DNA of 64,000 nt from an uncultured Gemmatimonadales bacterium. GTDB taxonomy: Bacteria; Gemmatimonadota; Gemmatimonadetes; Gemmatimonadales; Gemmatimonadaceae. Below, piece by piece: positions 60,015-64,000 of this stretch (position 1 is its first letter; the number at the start of each line of letters is the position of its first letter). The notes under the pieces are model-generated. The model had not been told where the DNA came from, ran no database searches, and saw only the letters and a list, made by a program, of their open reading frames with translations. The stretch is taken from the NCBI GenBank assembly GCA_963793305.1, contig CAWBZV010000003.1, positions 1,344,001-1,408,000 of the forward strand. The letters run 5' to 3'. A program made the position numbers and the translations under genes.

Positions 60015-60664
60015 TGCTTCGTAGTATCCGCCGGCTGGGTGGCACCGCTTTGTTGCTGGAGTAGCTGCACGAGCTCAGCCTGATGCGCCTGCAGGACCGC
60101 GAGGCTGATCGCCTGACTTTTGGCCGCGAGCGTCGCCTGCTGAGACGCGACCTTCTGTCCTATCGGCGATTTGTAAAACGTAATCAGCTCTTTGAGCTCG
60201 GACTCCGTGAACGCTTGCGTGTACACCGCGGTGAGCTGCGGCCCGATGGCGTCCCATGTGACGTACTTATTCGCGAACTGCTGCATCGCGCTGCGATAGG
60301 GTACCATGGCCGGATTGTTCTGGATCTGCACGTCGATCGAGGCCGAGATCGCGTCCCGCAGTGTCTTATCGGCGTGCATCACCTGCATCAACTCGGCCGC
60401 GGCTTTGGTCTGTCCGGGCGTCGGTGTTGGCGCCGGTGTCGCAGCGGGCGCCTGCGCGCTGGCGCTCGAGGCCACGGCGAGGGAGAGGCCGAGGACGAGC
60501 GCGAAATACCGCTGGACGGCGCGGTGCGCCAGATACATGCCGACACCAGTGCCGACGCACGAGAGGATGAACGCGGTCATAAACCCCACGAGGTTGCCAG
60601 CGTACCAGCCGACAGCACCGCCGACGGTCATGCCGGCGAATGATGCGAGTTTTCCCATGTCCAT
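60011..60664 (-). CDS. DUF2059-domain exported protein with N-terminal Gly-rich hydrophobic extension
   Basis: YTQAFTESELKELITFYKSPIGQK; internal signal-like ASSASA-Q. Confidence 0.75.
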   Translation of the reverse strand: MDMGKLASFAGMTVGGAVGWYAGNLVGFMTAFILSCVGTGVGMYLAHRAVQRYFALVLGLSLAVASSASAQAPAATPAPTPTPGQTKAAAELMQVMHADKTLRDAISASIDVQIQNNPAMVPYRSAMQQFANKYVTWDAIGPQLTAVYTQAFTESELKELITFYKSPIGQKVASQQATLAAKSQAISLAVLQAHQAELVQLLQQQSGATQPADTTKH

Positions 60665-60689
60665 TGGACGATCCACCCTCAAAAGGGTG

Positions 60690-62267
60690 TTAGCCGTGGT
60701 GCGCCGGGGCAGGAGGGGCGCCGCCCGCCATCACGAACAGCTCCGCTTGCGTCCGCGAACGGCGCAAGAGATCCAGTGAGCGGGCCAGTTGCACGTCATC
60801 CCCGGTGCGACGACGGAACGCGACCGAATCGGGGAATGCGAGCTCCGCGATCCGGTCCGCGAGCAGGCGGTCCACGAAGGAGCGTGCAGCGTCGAACTGG
60901 GCGCGCGTGACGGGCACGTTTGCGTCCTGGAACCGATGGAAGAGGCTATCGCGCCACGCTGGCTGGACGGTGAAGTCTGGCTTGACGGTTCGGCCAAGCT
61001 CGCGGGCCAGGCTGTACGTGGCGAGGTAGACGCCCTGGGAAGCCGGCGTGATCGCCTGTACGAACGCCCGCTCCGTGTCATCGAGCGTATCGGGCAGCAC
61101 GACGAGGTCGGGCGTGATGGCGCCGCCGCCGAACACCGTGCGGCCGGCGTCAGAGTGAAACACCGGCTTCGGTTTCCCAGCGGAGTCAGGCTGGATCTCA
61201 ACCAACTCACCATCCGGCAGCAGCTTCCGGGGTTTCTGGATCGACCGGCCGTCCGGCGTATACCAACGGCCGGTCGTGAGCTTGAGCGAGTACCCGCCAT
61301 CGAGCGCGAACAAGCTCTGGACCAGGCCCTTGCCGAACGACGTCGTGCCGACGACGAGCGCCCGGTCGTGATCCTGCAGCGCGCCGACGACGATTTCCGT
61401 CGCGGACGCCGAGCCGCCATCGATGAGCACCGCGATGGGTACGGTGGTCGTCAACGGGTGGCGTACGGCGCGATACGTCTCCTGCGGGCCGGCTCGCTCG
61501 CGTACGCTGGCCAGCTCGGTCCCCTCGGCGAGGAAGCAGTTGGCGACGAGCAGCGCTTGATCCACGGCGCCGCCGCCGTTGCCGCGGACATCGAGGACGA
61601 TGCCCTTCGCGCCAGCGGTCAGGAGGTGCGACAGTGCGGCGTTGACTTCCTGCGCCGCGGACTCGCTGAAGACCTGCAATGGCACGTACCCGATCTGGCC
61701 GTCCAGCATGGCCGAGAAGGGCACTGATGGCACGTGAACGCTCTCGCGGACGTACCGGGCGCGAATCGGCTGGGCCTCTCCGAGTCTCGTGACGGCCACG
61801 TCGACCGGCGTGCCGGGACGCCCAAGGAGGGCCTGTGAGACCTTGTCCAGCGGCCATCCGCGCACGCCCGCGCTGTCGACCGAGATGATCTCGTCGCCGG
61901 GCCGAAGTCCTCCCGACGCGGCAGGCGAGTGCGGGAACACGCGCACGATCGTCGGGCGCCCGCTGTGGTCTTCGATCTGGAGACCCAGGCCGCCATACGC
62001 GCCGCCGAGCGACTCGCGGTTGAACGATGCCAGCTCGTCGCGCGAGTAGAGCTCGGCGTACGGATCGCCCAGCGAGTGCACGAGTCCGCGCGCGGCCTTC
62101 TCATACAGCGCGTCCGTCGACAGCGAATCGACGCTGCGCTCACGAACGAGAGAGAAGACCTCTTGAAACAGATCCGCCCGGTGCGTGACCGGTCGGGCGG
62201 CAATGACACCGGCGACGACGAGTGGAGCGGCCGCCAGGAGAACGAGCGTGGGACGCGTGCGACGCAT
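60690..62267 (-). CDS. S41 carboxyl-terminal processing protease (PDZ)
   Basis: LDVRGNGGG, SASATE (Ser), SFGKGLVQ (Lys), YTPDGRSIQ. Confidence 0.92.
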   Translation of the reverse strand: MRRTRPTLVLLAAAPLVVAGVIAARPVTHRADLFQEVFSLVRERSVDSLSTDALYEKAARGLVHSLGDPYAELYSRDELASFNRESLGGAYGGLGLQIEDHSGRPTIVRVFPHSPAASGGLRPGDEIISVDSAGVRGWPLDKVSQALLGRPGTPVDVAVTRLGEAQPIRARYVRESVHVPSVPFSAMLDGQIGYVPLQVFSESAAQEVNAALSHLLTAGAKGIVLDVRGNGGGAVDQALLVANCFLAEGTELASVRERAGPQETYRAVRHPLTTTVPIAVLIDGGSASATEIVVGALQDHDRALVVGTTSFGKGLVQSLFALDGGYSLKLTTGRWYTPDGRSIQKPRKLLPDGELVEIQPDSAGKPKPVFHSDAGRTVFGGGAITPDLVVLPDTLDDTERAFVQAITPASQGVYLATYSLARELGRTVKPDFTVQPAWRDSLFHRFQDANVPVTRAQFDAARSFVDRLLADRIAELAFPDSVAFRRRTGDDVQLARSLDLLRRSRTQAELFVMAGGAPPAPAHHG

Positions 62268-62272
62268 ACAGC

Positions 62273-62710
62273 CTACGATACCTCAAGCGACAGGGTCTGC
62301 GCCAGCGCTTCGGCCAGTGTCTCCCATGGCAGGAGCGCGCATGCCACGCGAGCGGGGGTACGCCGAATAATCCCAAACGCGACAAGGGACCCGAGATCCG
62401 AATCATCCGGCTCGCCCGGCTTACTGGTGACGAACCGCCGAAATCTCGCGATGAATGCTGTTATTTCGGTGACAGAGCGGCCGCGGACGACATCCGTCAT
62501 CATCGACGCCGAGGCGCGCGCAATGGCGCACGCATCGCACTCGAATCGGATGTCTCGGATCAGATCGCCCTCCATAGCGACATCGACGTGCATCGTCTCG
62601 CCGCACAGGGGATTGGCCTTCGTGGCGCTCGCATCGGGCTCGGCTAGCGCCCCGCGTCCATGCGGCCGCCGATAATGATCGAGTATTGCTTCGTGATACA
62701 GGTCAGACAT
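62273..62710 (-). CDS. sufU: SufU (NifU-N family) Fe-S assembly protein
   Basis: LYHEAILDHY..P, NPLCGE, CAIARASAS, RVACALLPW; follows sufS. Confidence 0.88.
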   Translation of the reverse strand: MSDLYHEAILDHYRRPHGRGALAEPDASATKANPLCGETMHVDVAMEGDLIRDIRFECDACAIARASASMMTDVVRGRSVTEITAFIARFRRFVTSKPGEPDDSDLGSLVAFGIIRRTPARVACALLPWETLAEALAQTLSLEVS

Positions 62711-63890
62711 TGGCAAAGAGGGACTGCGCCCGTTTGACGCCGGTGACCAGCGCCTGGACGTCGCTCTCATCGTTATACACGTAGAACGACGCCCGAGCCG
62801 TCGCGCCCACCCCGAGCCGCCTAATCAGTGGCTGCGCACAGTGATGGCCCGCACGGATCGCGACGCCATCCTGATCGAGAATGGTCGCCAGATCGTGGGG
62901 ATGAATATCCGCCACGGTGAAACTGACCACACCACTGCGCTCAGCCGGTGGCGGTCCAAACACCCGCACCCCTTCGATAGCCGTCAGTCGCTTGCTGGCC
63001 GCCGCGGTCAACTCCTGTTCATGGCGCCGCACGTTGTCCATGCCGATGGCGTCGAGATACTCGACCGCGGCCGCCAAGCCGACGGCGCCGCCGAGATTTG
63101 GCGTGCCGGCCTCGAATTTGTGCGGCAAAATGTTCCAGGTCGTGTGGTCGTCGCCCACGTACTCGATCATGTCGCCGCCGGTCTGATACGGCGGCATGGG
63201 CTCCAGTCGTTCCCGCCGCCCAACGAGCCCGCCGATGCCGGTAGGCCCGAGCATCTTGTGCCCGCTGAAAGCATAGAAATCGACGCCGAGCCGATCGAAC
63301 TCCACGCGCATGTGTGGAGCACTCTGTGCGCCGTCAACAACTATGATCGCACCCTTTGCGATCCCCACGACCTCGGCGAGCGGCGTAATCGAGCCGATGG
63401 CGTTCGAGACGTGAGTGACCGCCAGAATCTTGGTGCGAGGCGTGATGAGACTGCGGAGGTGATCGAGATCCAGCCGCCCATCCTCGGTGATCTCGGCGAT
63501 CTTGAACGTCGCACCGGTCTTGAGCGCGAGTTGCTGCCACGGGACGAAATTGGCGTGATGCTCGAGCCGCGTGACGACGATCTCGTCGCCACGATGTATA
63601 TCCGCGGTCGCGGCAACCAGATTGAGCGACTCGGTCGTTCCGCGCGTGAAGATGAGACAGGCGGAGTCCGACACGCCCAGAAACCGCGCCACGCGCTCGC
63701 GGGCCGCATGGTACCGGTCCGTAGCCGCGACCGACAGCGCATACGCTCCGCGGTGCGGATTCGCGTACGCGGTCTCGTAGACGTCGCGAACCGCATCGAG
63801 CACGGCGCGCGGCTTCTGCGAGGTCGCCGCCGAGTCGAGATAGTGCAGCCATGGCTCGCGCGCCAGGAGCGGGAAATCGCTCTTGTTCAT
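62703..63890 (-). CDS. sufS: Cysteine desulfurase SufS
   Basis: YLDSAATSQKP, EHHAN, FSGHKM, RAGHHCAQP. Confidence 0.95.
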   Translation of the reverse strand: MNKSDFPLLAREPWLHYLDSAATSQKPRAVLDAVRDVYETAYANPHRGAYALSVAATDRYHAARERVARFLGVSDSACLIFTRGTTESLNLVAATADIHRGDEIVVTRLEHHANFVPWQQLALKTGATFKIAEITEDGRLDLDHLRSLITPRTKILAVTHVSNAIGSITPLAEVVGIAKGAIIVVDGAQSAPHMRVEFDRLGVDFYAFSGHKMLGPTGIGGLVGRRERLEPMPPYQTGGDMIEYVGDDHTTWNILPHKFEAGTPNLGGAVGLAAAVEYLDAIGMDNVRRHEQELTAAASKRLTAIEGVRVFGPPPAERSGVVSFTVADIHPHDLATILDQDGVAIRAGHHCAQPLIRRLGVGATARASFYVYNDESDVQALVTGVKRAQSLFANV

Positions 63891-64000
63891 GCCTTCGATC
63901 CCACCAGGACGGTGTCGTGTTCGACGCGGACGGCGTACCGCTCGATGTCGTCTACGGCCGGCCCCAGACACACCCGCCCCGTGCGCACATCGAACCGTGC
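63887..64000 (-). CDS. Rieske-type ferredoxin (C-terminal part only)
   Basis: Own translation ARFDVRTGRVCLGPAVDDIERYAVRVEHDTVLVGSKA*; typical position in suf operons. Confidence 0.8.
   Translation of the reverse strand, partial: ARFDVRTGRVCLGPAVDDIERYAVRVEHDTVLVGSKA

Overview
High-GC, very compact bacterial chromosomal segment. The BTAD activator, Hanks kinase with TPRs, HEXXH lipoprotein and 'AQ' signal peptides suggest Gemmatimonadota (inference). Most of it is housekeeping or accessory genes: qor, a rhodanese, two TolC-MFP-RND operons, cydAB, MarR/TetR/LytTR/OmpR regulators, pruA, lepB, thrB-hom-thrC, rfaD, a bacilliredoxin, Mo/W ABC subunits, an S41 protease and the end of a suf operon. 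Three things stand out. (1) Two small ORFs absent from the ORF track form apparently leaderless leader-peptide attenuators with intrinsic terminators: a Cys-Cys leader before the sulfurtransferase, with complete alternative pairings, and a Thr-rich leader before hom-thrC. (2) A roughly 7 kb compositionally distinct module (48.8-55.9 kb) contains a sigma54 activator lacking a sensory domain, a candidate enhancer plus a GG-N10-GC sigma54 promoter, a small secreted Ig-like protein, a signal-peptide-bearing Rhs/YD protein ending in a secretory phospholipase A2-like domain, and a candidate membrane immunity gene. (3) TANNNT boxes lie 5-7 nt before many start codons, suggesting widespread leaderless transcription. 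Two genes carry single-base frameshifts, possibly assembly errors. No rRNA, tRNA, CRISPR array or transposase was recognised. All calls come from reading motifs by eye; no database searches were run.
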